Below are positions 39,100 to 47,451 of a stretch of DNA of 64,000 bases, in pieces. Both the position numbers and the translations under genes were made by a program. Under the pieces are notes generated by a model. The model had not been told where the DNA came from and ran no database searches. It saw only the letters and a program-made list of their open reading frames with translations. The number at the start of each line of letters is the position of its first letter. The first letter of the stretch is position 1. The stretch is from Sumerlaeia bacterium (lineage in GTDB: Bacteria > Sumerlaeota > Sumerlaeia > SLMS01 > JAHLLQ01), in assembly GCA_040219255.1 (NCBI GenBank), contig JAVJSW010000077.1:64001-128000 (forward strand), given 5' to 3'.

Positions 39100-39319
39100 C
39101 CCGTCCCTCTTGCGGGACGCCGGCTCGCCGCGTGCGGTAGAGTATGGCCCACGGCACCTTCTCCGATCCGACCCGTTACACCTGATCGAGATTGGCCGCC
39201 CACTGAGCAGACGAGCCGACGGCAAGAGACTGGCGCTGACACCGAATTTTCCGGGCCTTGGTGAGGGACCGGGGACTTCCAGCCCAATACCAATTCAACC
39301 AGTACACGGATAGACGAGC

Positions 39320-39787
39320 ATGAAAGCCCAATCGTCAACGCTGCCGCGCATCGCGGATATGAAAGAAAAGTGGTACCTGGTGGACGCCGAAGGCGAGGTG
39401 GTCGGACGCGTGGCGTCCCGGGTCGCCAAGCTGCTCCGCGGCAAGCTCGAGCCCACCTACACTCCGCACATCAACCCCCAGGTCCACGTCGTCGTCATCA
39501 ACGCCGACAAGGCAGTCTTCACCGGCCGCAAGACCCAGGACAAGGTGTACTACCATCACTCCGGTTACCGCACCGGCATCAAAGCCATCACCGCCGAAAA
39601 GCTGTTCATCAAGTGCCCGGAAGATGTGATCCGCAATGCCGTTCACGGCATGTTGCCGAAGAATGCCCTTGGCCGGGTTTTGAATAAGAACATGAGGGTC
39701 TACGCCGGTGCCGAGCATCCGCACGACGCTCAACAGCCCCAAGCCCTCAAATTCGCCACCCGCAAGCCCAAACGCAGCGACGACTAA
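39320..39787 (+). CDS. rplM: 50S ribosomal protein L13
   Basis: WYLVDA, GRVAS, YTPH, YYHHSGY and GMLPKN. Confidence 0.97.
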   Translation: MKAQSSTLPRIADMKEKWYLVDAEGEVVGRVASRVAKLLRGKLEPTYTPHINPQVHVVVINADKAVFTGRKTQDKVYYHHSGYRTGIKAITAEKLFIKCPEDVIRNAVHGMLPKNALGRVLNKNMRVYAGAEHPHDAQQPQALKFATRKPKRSDD

Positions 39788-39826
39788 TCATCGGCCCCGC
39801 TCACAGAGAGGAACGACTCAGCACTC

Positions 39827-40225
39827 ATGGCTCAATTGGAACAGTATCTCGGAACGGGACGCCGCAAGGAAGCGGTGGCTCGCGTTTACCTTCGCCCCGG
39901 CAAGGGCAAAATCGTCATCAATGGCGACGACTTCAAGAAGTACATCGGTAACCGCCCCCGTCTGGAAGCCGCCATTCGCGGCCCCTTGAAAGACGGCCAG
40001 GCCCTCACCAAGTACGACGTGATCGTCAACGTCAACGGCGGCGGCATCGCCGGCCAGGCAGGCGCCATACGCATGGGCATCGCCCGTGCCCTGGTCGCCG
40101 CCACCCCGACCCTGCGCCCCGCTATCAAGGAGAAGGGTCACCTGACCCGCGACCCGCGTACCGTGGAGCGCAAGAAGTACGGCCTCCACAAGGCGCGCAA
40201 GGCTTCCCAGTTCTCCAAGCGCTAA
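39827..40225 (+). CDS. rpsI: 30S ribosomal protein S9
   Basis: GTGRRKEAVARV, GGGIAGQAGA and ERKKYGLHKARKASQFSKR. Confidence 0.98.
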   Translation: MAQLEQYLGTGRRKEAVARVYLRPGKGKIVINGDDFKKYIGNRPRLEAAIRGPLKDGQALTKYDVIVNVNGGGIAGQAGAIRMGIARALVAATPTLRPAIKEKGHLTRDPRTVERKKYGLHKARKASQFSKR

Positions 40226-40276
40226 TCCGCCCGCCGGCCAGCGGCCCCAACCCGGAACCCTGGCCCCTCGGTTATG

Positions 40277-40323
40277 ACGTCCCTCCCGCGCCGCTTCGGC
40301 CCTGCGGGAGGGCGTTTTCGTTT
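40277..40323 (+). terminator. Probable intrinsic terminator after rpsI
   Basis: CCCTCCCGC...GCGGGAGGG stem followed by CGTTTTCGTTT. Confidence 0.65.
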
Positions 40324-40359
40324 GCCGCCCAACCCCTTTCCCGCTCTATCCATCGCGCC

Positions 40360-41727
40360 ATGATTCGGAACCTGACCCTCCGCGACTTCTACCGCCCCGT
40401 CGATGTGGCCTCGCTGGCCTTCTGGCGCATCGCCTTCGGCCTGCTGATGGCCTGGGACATGGTCAAGGTCCTCCAGTTCGAGGAAATCCGCATCTATTAC
40501 GCGGAAGCCGAGTACCACTTCAGTTACAACTTCTTCACCTGGGTGCGCCCCTTGCCCGAACCCTGGACCACGATCCTCCATATCGTCGTGGGGATTTTTG
40601 GAATCCTGGTGGCTCTCGGTCTTTTCTACCGCTTCGCCGCCGCAGGACTGTGTCTTACGTACACTTATACTTTCCTGATGGAGAAGTGCAACTACAACAA
40701 TCACTACTATCTGATGTGCCTGCTGGCGGGGTTGATGATTCTGATTCCCGCGCACCGCGCCTGGAGCCTGGACCGCATCCTCTTCAAAGACAAGCGGCCA
40801 GAGACCGCGCCGGTCTGGGGCGTGTGGCTGCTGCGTTTTCAACTTGGGCTCGTGTACTTCTACGCCGCCATCGCCAAGATCAACTACGACTGGATGGTGC
40901 GGGCCGAGCCGATCAGCCGATGGCTTTCCTCACGCTCCGACCGTCCTTTCATCGGGCCTGTCATGGCATGGGAACCGATCGGACCGTTATTCGCCTACAG
41001 TGGTTTCCTCTTCGACCTGCTGATCGCGCCGGCCCTGCTGTGGAAGCCAACCCGCAAGTACGCCTTCATCGCCGCCGCCCTCTTTCACGGAACCAACAGT
41101 ATCGTCTTCGACATCGGCATTTTCCCCGCGCTGGCGCTGGCGGCGACGTCGATCTTTTTCGAGCCCGATTGGCCAAGGCGGGTCTGGGGAACTTTAACCC
41201 GCCAATTCATCCCCCGCGTTCCCGAGGAGCGGCCGCCGGACCGCCTTCTGGGCCGTCAGAAAGCCCTCCTGGCCTTCCTCGCGTTCTATTGTCTGCTGCA
41301 AGCCCTCATTCCCTTCCGCCACCACCTCTACCCGGGCGATGTGGCCTGGACCGAAGAGGGGCATCAATGGTCCTGGCGCATGAAGCTTCGCAGCAAAGAC
41401 GCCCTCGTGCGTTATTTCGTCACGGATCCGGCCACCGGCTTGACCTGGGTGGCCGATGTGCAGGACCATTTCACTGCCCAGCAAATCCGCAATCACTCCA
41501 AAGACCCGGACATGCTGATTCAAATGGGACACTTCATCGCTGATATCTACCGGCGCCGGGAAGGCATCGAAAACCTCGAAGTCCGCGCCGAGGCCAACCT
41601 CCGCCTGAACTATGGCACAACCGGCCTTCTCGTGGATCCGGACGTCGATCTGGCGGCCCAGCGCCTCGGCCTCCTGCCCAAGCCTTGGATCCTGGAACGG
41701 CCGCCCCGGGAACCTCCAAACCGGTAG
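40360..41727 (+). CDS. HTTM-domain / vitamin K-dependent gamma-carboxylase-like membrane protein
   Basis: SLAFWRIAFG, YNNHYYL, VYFYAAIAKINYDW, IGIFP and WTEEGHQWSWRMKL. Confidence 0.88.
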   Translation: MIRNLTLRDFYRPVDVASLAFWRIAFGLLMAWDMVKVLQFEEIRIYYAEAEYHFSYNFFTWVRPLPEPWTTILHIVVGIFGILVALGLFYRFAAAGLCLTYTYTFLMEKCNYNNHYYLMCLLAGLMILIPAHRAWSLDRILFKDKRPETAPVWGVWLLRFQLGLVYFYAAIAKINYDWMVRAEPISRWLSSRSDRPFIGPVMAWEPIGPLFAYSGFLFDLLIAPALLWKPTRKYAFIAAALFHGTNSIVFDIGIFPALALAATSIFFEPDWPRRVWGTLTRQFIPRVPEERPPDRLLGRQKALLAFLAFYCLLQALIPFRHHLYPGDVAWTEEGHQWSWRMKLRSKDALVRYFVTDPATGLTWVADVQDHFTAQQIRNHSKDPDMLIQMGHFIADIYRRREGIENLEVRAEANLRLNYGTTGLLVDPDVDLAAQRLGLLPKPWILERPPREPPNR

Positions 41728-41824
41728 TCTTGTCCTCTCTGACCATCTTTCTCCTCTCCGCCCGGATGACCTTTGCACGACTTTGGCATCCGGGTTCGCC
41801 ATGCCTCCTCACTAAAGGTCCTCT

Positions 41825-42589
41825 ATGCTTCGTTCCCTCTCCGCCCTCCTGATCGCCGCCGCGCTGACGCTGCCGCTGACGGCGCAAACCACGCCTTCTC
41901 GCATCGGCTTCGTGGATATCGAAATCGTCCTGGAGCAAAGCCAGGCGCTGCGCCTCGCGCTGGACGAAATGGATCGCGAGCTGGCCCTTCGCGCCCGCGA
42001 AATCGACCGCCAGGAGCGGGAATTCCGCCGCCAGCGCTTCGACCTCGACCGCCAGGAGCGCCTGCTCTCGGAGGACGAACGCGAGCGCCGCCGTGACGAA
42101 TTGCTCGCGATGGAGCGGGAAATCGAGCGCGAGCAGTTTGAGTTCGAGTCGGACCTGCGATCCCGCGAGCGGCAGATCGAACCCGTCCTGGAATACATCA
42201 TGGACGTGGTCGCCGACGTGGCGGAGCGGGAGGGCTATGACATGGTCCTGCGCGGCGAGGTGGTGATCTATGGCAACCGCACAGCCGACCTGACGCCCCA
42301 GGTCATCACCGCTCTCGACGCCCAGCCGGACAAGCTCTCCGAGGTGATGGGCCTGGCGGGGCTTCCCGCGTCCCAGAGCCCGGCCGGAGCCACCGCCCCG
42401 TCGACCGCCGCGTCGACTCCTGCGCCCCCGCTCCTGCCCCAGGACCGGGCCGCCTCCTCGGCGTCCACCTCGGAGTCCGAGGCGACCTCCCGCCGGCGCC
42501 CCGGCAGCCCGCCGGTCACTCCCGCGGAACGCCCCGCTATCCCCGGCTTCGGCGAACGGACCGCTTCGACCTCCACAACCAATCCCTAG
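41825..42589 (+). CDS. skp: Skp/OmpH periplasmic chaperone with a Pro/Ser-rich tail
   Basis: Signal peptide, RIGFVD, coiled coil, VAEREGYDMVL...DLTPQVI. Confidence 0.8.
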   Translation: MLRSLSALLIAAALTLPLTAQTTPSRIGFVDIEIVLEQSQALRLALDEMDRELALRAREIDRQEREFRRQRFDLDRQERLLSEDERERRRDELLAMEREIEREQFEFESDLRSRERQIEPVLEYIMDVVADVAEREGYDMVLRGEVVIYGNRTADLTPQVITALDAQPDKLSEVMGLAGLPASQSPAGATAPSTAASTPAPPLLPQDRAASSASTSESEATSRRRPGSPPVTPAERPAIPGFGERTASTSTTNP

Positions 42590-42655
42590 GCAGTGGCTCT
42601 GCCGTTGACGCGAGGGCCCGATTGGGGTGCCCTGTTGCGCTTTGGAATTTTCTTG

Positions 42656-43537
42656 ATGTCGAATCAAATCTCCCCATCCCCTCGCCGAACGCTCCGCGAT
42701 CCCGTGACCTTCACGGGACCAGGCATTCACTATGCCGCCGAGGGCGTCCTGGAAGTTCACCCGAGCCAGAACGGTGGCCTGCACTTCATGACCGCGGAGG
42801 GGGAGCGCCTGCCGGCGCGATGGGATCACGCCGTACCCGAGGAATGCGACCGGCGCACCGTTCTGCGCTCGAAGAACGGCACCGTCATCGAACAATGCGA
42901 GCACATCCTGGCGGCCCTGGCGGCCTGCGGGATCACCGACGCCCGGCTGGTGCAGACCGGTCCCGAGCCCCCCTTCCTGGGGGGCGGCTCGAAAGAGTTC
43001 ATGAAGGGCCTGATGGCCGCCGGAACGCGGGAATTGGCAGGGGCGGAGATCGAGCCCCTGGCGATCGACCGGCCCTTCGCCTTTCGCGATGGCGACGCCT
43101 ATCTCATGGCGACCCCGCACGCAGGTCTGCTGCTGAGCTGTTTCGTCGAATTCCCCAACACAGTGGTCGGTTCGATGGGGGTGACGGTCGAGATCACGGC
43201 GGAGAATTTTCTGGACGAAGCGGCTCCGGCGCGGACCTTCGCCCGCGAAGCCGACATTGACGCCCTGAAAAAAATGGGGTTGGCAAGGGGCGGAAACCTT
43301 GACAACGCCGTGGTTTTCACTCAGCACGGGTATCGCAATCCGAAGTTACACTTTCCAGATGAAGTCGCCCGTCACAAGATCATTGATCTGCTGGGCGACT
43401 TGGCATTGATTGGCCGCCCTCTTCGAGGGCACTTCTGGGCCTGGCGCGCGGGACACCGCAGCCATGTCCGCTTTGCCCACGCCCTGATCAAGGAGTTTTC
43501 CCGTGAGCACTCAGCCCATGACCACCAGCCTCGATGA
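42656..43537 (+). CDS. lpxC: UDP-3-O-acyl-GlcNAc deacetylase
   Basis: GPGIH, EHILAAL, APARTF, RHKIIDLLGDL and AGHRSH. Confidence 0.92.
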   Translation: MSNQISPSPRRTLRDPVTFTGPGIHYAAEGVLEVHPSQNGGLHFMTAEGERLPARWDHAVPEECDRRTVLRSKNGTVIEQCEHILAALAACGITDARLVQTGPEPPFLGGGSKEFMKGLMAAGTRELAGAEIEPLAIDRPFAFRDGDAYLMATPHAGLLLSCFVEFPNTVVGSMGVTVEITAENFLDEAAPARTFAREADIDALKKMGLARGGNLDNAVVFTQHGYRNPKLHFPDEVARHKIIDLLGDLALIGRPLRGHFWAWRAGHRSHVRFAHALIKEFSREHSAHDHQPR

Positions 43538-44012
43538 GCCGGCCCCCGCGCCGGACGAATCGCCCTTTCTCTTCACGCCCCCCTTCGGCGTCGAGGTCAT
43601 CAAGCAGATCATCCCCCATCGCTATCCCTTCCTGCTGATCGACCGCATCACGGCGATGGGCGAGGATTGGGTTCAGGGCTACAAGAACCTCTCGGCCAAC
43701 GAGGGGGTTTTCGACGGCCACTTTCCCCAGGAACCGGTCTATCCCGGCGTCATGATGATCGAAACCTTTGCCCAGGCCGGCGCCTGCTGGATCCTGTCGC
43801 ACAGGGAGCACCATGGCAAACTGGCCTACCTGATGACGATCGAGTCCGCCAAGTTCCGTTCGAAGGCCGTTCCCGGCGACCGCATCGAGATCGATGGCAA
43901 GATTACCAACTTGCGCTCGCGCACGGGCCGCATTGTGGGCAAACTGACGGTGGAAGACCGCCTGATCTGCGAGGCGACACTGACCTTCGCTTTCGCGGCG
44001 GGGAAAAACTAA
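43503..44012 (+). CDS. fabZ: 3-hydroxyacyl-ACP dehydratase
   Basis: IPHRYPFLLIDR and GHFPQEPVYPGV; AAGGAG RBS before GTG 43503. Confidence 0.93.
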   Translation: MSTQPMTTSLDEPAPAPDESPFLFTPPFGVEVIKQIIPHRYPFLLIDRITAMGEDWVQGYKNLSANEGVFDGHFPQEPVYPGVMMIETFAQAGACWILSHREHHGKLAYLMTIESAKFRSKAVPGDRIEIDGKITNLRSRTGRIVGKLTVEDRLICEATLTFAFAAGKN

Positions 44013-44032
44013 GGATCGCGCTTGGGAACGGT

Positions 44033-44926
44033 ATGAGCATTGAGAACGGCTCCAAAGTGACCGACGGGAAGAAGATTCCCAAGCTGATCGGCCTGATCGC
44101 CGGTGAGGGCGATTTCCCCGTGCTGCTCGCCCACGGCGCCCGCAGTAGCGGGGTCCGCGTCATCGCTTTCGGGATCAACGGTCTGGCGAGCGACCGCCTC
44201 GCTCCCCCGCTCACCGAAGGCATGCATACGCTCAAGCTGACGGACCTGTCGCGGCTCTTCGAACTTTGCCATCAGCACGGCATCGAGCACCTGATCATGG
44301 CGGGACGCGTGCCGCACAAGGTGCTCTTGCGCCAGATCAGCCTGGACTCGCGGGTGCTCAAGCTCCTGGGCAACCTGCGTAACAAGAAGGCGGATTCTTT
44401 GCTGAAGGCTGCCGTGCAGGAAATCGAAGCGGAGGGCATCAAGGTCCTCGACTCGACCCTGTTCCTGAAGTCCTGCATGCCCGAGGAAGGGATCCTGACG
44501 CCCGGGTTCCCGCTGAGCGAAGAGATCCGCCGCGACATGATGTTCGGCTATCCCATCGCCAAGGAAATCGCCCGGCTCGACATCGGCCAGACCATCGCCG
44601 TGAAGAACCAGATCGTGGTGGCGGTGGAGGGCGTGGAAGGGACCGACGCCCTGATCCGCCGGGCGGGCGAACTGGCCGGCCCCGGCGTGGTGATCGTCAA
44701 GGTCAGCAAACCCCGCCAGGACCTGCGTTTCGATGTGCCGGTGATCGGCATCAAGACGATCCGGTCGCTGATGGAGGCGAACGCCGGTGGCATCTGCATC
44801 ACGGCGGGCGAGTCGCTCTTCTTCGACCGCGAGGAGTCGGTGGCGAAAGCGGAGGCGGAAGGCATCTCCATCCTGGCCTACCGCGAGACGGGAACGGAAA
44901 CGCCCTACGAAGAAGCCCTCCGGTAA
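44033..44926 (+). CDS. lpxI: UDP-2,3-diacylglucosamine hydrolase LpxI
   Basis: GLIAGEGDFP, DIGQT, AVEGVEGTD and KPRQDLRFDVPVIG. Confidence 0.92.
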   Translation: MSIENGSKVTDGKKIPKLIGLIAGEGDFPVLLAHGARSSGVRVIAFGINGLASDRLAPPLTEGMHTLKLTDLSRLFELCHQHGIEHLIMAGRVPHKVLLRQISLDSRVLKLLGNLRNKKADSLLKAAVQEIEAEGIKVLDSTLFLKSCMPEEGILTPGFPLSEEIRRDMMFGYPIAKEIARLDIGQTIAVKNQIVVAVEGVEGTDALIRRAGELAGPGVVIVKVSKPRQDLRFDVPVIGIKTIRSLMEANAGGICITAGESLFFDREESVAKAEAEGISILAYRETGTETPYEEALR

Positions 44927-44933
44927 AAATGAA

Positions 44934-44975
44934 ATAACGCCCTGACTATCCTTCCCAAAATAGCCGGGGCGTTAT
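44934..44975. terminator. Hairpin after lpxI (possible terminator)
   Basis: ATAACGCCCTGACTAT-N10-ATAGCCGGGGCGTTAT, a 16-bp imperfect stem between convergent genes. Confidence 0.55.
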
Positions 44976-45133
44976 CTCGCACCACAGAAAGCTGAACCGC
45001 TTGTTACTCGAATTCTCCGAAAGAGGGTTGGAAGTCTGGCCGCGCCTTGGCGGGTCATTCTTCCATCGGTCTTATCCCTGATGCCGAGGAGCCGGAGCGA
45101 CCACGTCCCGTCGGCGGTGATCCAAAAGCCTGG

Positions 45134-45295
45134 TTAGGAAACGAGCGTGTTCACCGAAACCGTGGCGATAAGGTAGAGCGCGAAACAGCCGGCGGCGAAC
45201 AGGGCGCCCCACTTGACGCTGCGCTCGATGCCGACCCGGTTCTGGAAGTACCAGTCGGACAGTTCCTCGCGATTGAAGGTCTTGATGGCTTTCAT
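45134..45295 (-). CDS. Small membrane protein, 53 aa (not in ORF track)
   Basis: MKAIKTFNREELSDWYFQNRVGIERSVKWGALFAAGCFALYLIATVSVNTLVS; AGGAGA RBS about 8 nt upstream; GC3-rich codons. Confidence 0.65.
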   Translation of the reverse strand: MKAIKTFNREELSDWYFQNRVGIERSVKWGALFAAGCFALYLIATVSVNTLVS

Positions 45296-45649
45296 TGCTT
45301 CATTCTCCTGTGCGATCCGTATGAGTGCCAGCTCACATCCTTTTGTTGGCCATCATAAGAACAAGCTCCGTACCAACTCCCATCCCCCATCGCTGCCACC
45401 TCATACTTTACTGAACAATCGAGAGTTACCTTCCGATCTCGCCCTGCTCTCGTAGCGTCCGGCGCGTGGCCGCAACGTGGACCGGCGTTTGGCCCGATGC
45501 GTGATTGCAACGGGTTGCTCCGCTGTCTCGTTCCCGCATCGCGCGGGATTTTCTTCACCGCCGCTTCAGAAAAGGCTTTGAAGCGCGCCCCGGGCTGTGT
45601 TTACTCCGGGTCGCGTGCTGGATTTCGAGAGGAGCCGCGCCCATTCCTT

Positions 45650-46309
45650 ATGACCACCAAGACCGTCGTCGCTCCGCTCTTCCCCCTGCCCGGCTTCGTG
45701 CTTTTCCCCCGCACGATGGTGCCGCTGCACATCTTCGAGCCGCGCTATCGCCAGATGGTTCAGGACGTCCTGGCGGGGGATCAGCGCATCGCGACAGCGC
45801 AGTTGCGGCCCGGCTGGGAAGACGGCTACGAAGGCCGGCCGCCGGTCTACCGCATGGTGACGCTGGCCCGGATTCTCCACGAGGAGCGCCTGCCCCAAGG
45901 CCGCTACAACATCATCGTGGAAGGCATCCAGCGCGCCCGCATCGTGGAAGAGCCCCGCACCGACAAACTCTATCGCCTGACCAAAGTGGCCCCGGTCACG
46001 GAAGCTTTCCACGAGGACGAGCGCGACAGTCTGAAGTCCGCGACGGAGGAAACGGTGCGGCTGGTGGAAACGCTCGGCGAATTGACCCCGGACCTGCCGA
46101 AGTCCCTGACGAACCTCAAGAACATTCATCTGCACCCAGGCATCATCGCCGACCAGATCGGCCAATCGCTGGTCAGCGGCGGCTACGAACGCCAAGGCCT
46201 GCTGGAAGAGGAAAACCCGCTCCGGCGTCTGCAACTCGTGAACGTTCAGTTGCGTACGCTTCTGGCCCGCCACGTTCCAAACGATGAGGGAGAATCGCCC
46301 GAGTTCTGA
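45650..46309 (+). CDS. Stand-alone Lon N-terminal substrate-binding domain protein
   Basis: PLFPL...VLFP...[13 protein letters not shown] and GRYNIIVEG. Confidence 0.88.
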   Translation: MTTKTVVAPLFPLPGFVLFPRTMVPLHIFEPRYRQMVQDVLAGDQRIATAQLRPGWEDGYEGRPPVYRMVTLARILHEERLPQGRYNIIVEGIQRARIVEEPRTDKLYRLTKVAPVTEAFHEDERDSLKSATEETVRLVETLGELTPDLPKSLTNLKNIHLHPGIIADQIGQSLVSGGYERQGLLEEENPLRRLQLVNVQLRTLLARHVPNDEGESPEF

Positions 46310-46328
46310 CCCGGGCGCGCCGCCTTTC

Positions 46329-47144
46329 GTGAACCACCTGTCCATCACCATCCTCACGCTCTTTCCCGCGTGGTTCGAGGGCCCCTTTGGCGAGTCGATC
46401 CTGGGCCGCGCCCGCGAGCGGGGCCTCCTCGATTTCCGCACCGTGGACCTGCGTCCCTACGGTGTGGGCAAGCATCGCAAGCTGGACGACACGCCCTATG
46501 GCGGGGGCGGGGGGATGCTGCTCAAGCCCGAGCCGATCGCGGCGGCGCTGGACGAGGCGGCGGGCGCGCCGGGCTCGGAGCGCCGCGCGCATGTGCTCTA
46601 TACCTCGCCGAGGGGTAGGCGATTCGTTCAGGACGAGGCAAAACGTCTCGCTGAGCTGGCTCTCGACCCGGGGCTGGTGATTCTCTGCGGACACTATGAG
46701 GGTCTGGACGAGCGCGTCATCGAAACGCGCGTGGATGAGGAAGTGAGCCTGGGCGATTTCGTGCTGACGGGCGGGGAAATCGCCGCCATGGCCATCGCCG
46801 ACGCCGTGGCGCGTATGGCGCCGGGGGTGCTGGGCAACGACGCCTCGGCGCCCAACGATTCGTTCTTCGACGGCCTGCTGGAGGGCCCCCACTACACCCG
46901 GCCGGAGGTCTTCGAGGGACGCGGCATTCCACCGGTGCTGCTCTCCGGTCATCACGCGGAAATCGAGCGCTGGCGCCGCGAAGAGTCCCTGCGCGTAACG
47001 CGCGAGCGGCGACCCGACCTCTACGACGCGTGGCGGCGGCGCCAGCGATCCGAAGCCCCGCCACCGGACGATCCGCCGCCCCCGACGGATTTCGCCGAGC
47101 CACAAGCCTTGACGGGATTGCGCCGCCGGCGCCGGGGGGCGTAA
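46329..47144 (+). CDS. trmD: tRNA (guanine-N1)-methyltransferase
   Basis: [32 protein letters not shown] and YTRP. Confidence 0.96.
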   Translation: MNHLSITILTLFPAWFEGPFGESILGRARERGLLDFRTVDLRPYGVGKHRKLDDTPYGGGGGMLLKPEPIAAALDEAAGAPGSERRAHVLYTSPRGRRFVQDEAKRLAELALDPGLVILCGHYEGLDERVIETRVDEEVSLGDFVLTGGEIAAMAIADAVARMAPGVLGNDASAPNDSFFDGLLEGPHYTRPEVFEGRGIPPVLLSGHHAEIERWRREESLRVTRERRPDLYDAWRRRQRSEAPPPDDPPPPTDFAEPQALTGLRRRRRGA

Positions 47145-47167
47145 AGGTGGGTGGCTGTTCTCCGGAA

Positions 47168-47444
47168 AAATCACCACAGAGCCACAGAGGGCACAGAGAA
47201 TTTTGGTTTTATTTGACTTGCCGATAGAGCCATATGGCGCAAAGTCGCGCTATCTCAGTGGAGACAGATGTTATTTGAGGTGGGCGACACGAGGGGCCGC
47301 ATCCCTATCTTTAGAGCAAACGTTCGATGGCACCTCGTGATGTCGCAGATCCTAGAGTCTTTATTGAACTTCCGAGTTCCTATCCCAACCGGCCTTCGGC
47401 GACCTCTGTGAAACCTCCGTCCGCTGTGCCTCTCTGTGGTGAAT
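47168..47444. repeat. Inverted-repeat element, copy 4
   Basis: Left AAATCACCACAGAGCCACAGAGGGCACAGAG; right CTCTGTGAAACCTCCGTCCGCTGTGCCTCTCTGTGGTGAAT, whose reverse complement closely matches the left arm of copy 2. Confidence 0.8.
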
Positions 47445-47451
47445 CAACACG

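Noticed and set aside
36085-39264. 1059-aa plus-strand ORF
   Set aside because: Antisense shadow of the RND-ABC gene. High GC3 suppresses stops on the opposite strand, and it has no motifs.
43488-43537. lpxC/fabZ overlap as a frameshifted bifunctional LpxC-FabZ
   Set aside because: fabZ has its own AAGGAG RBS and start codon and both proteins are complete; an ordinary overlap explains it.
44979-44992. CACCACAGA partial match to the repeat arm
   Set aside because: Single short unit with no partner arm; compatible with chance.
1687-47444. CACAGAG repeats as a CRISPR array
   Set aside because: They are dispersed inverted pairs, not tandem direct repeats with uniform spacers, and no cas genes are present.
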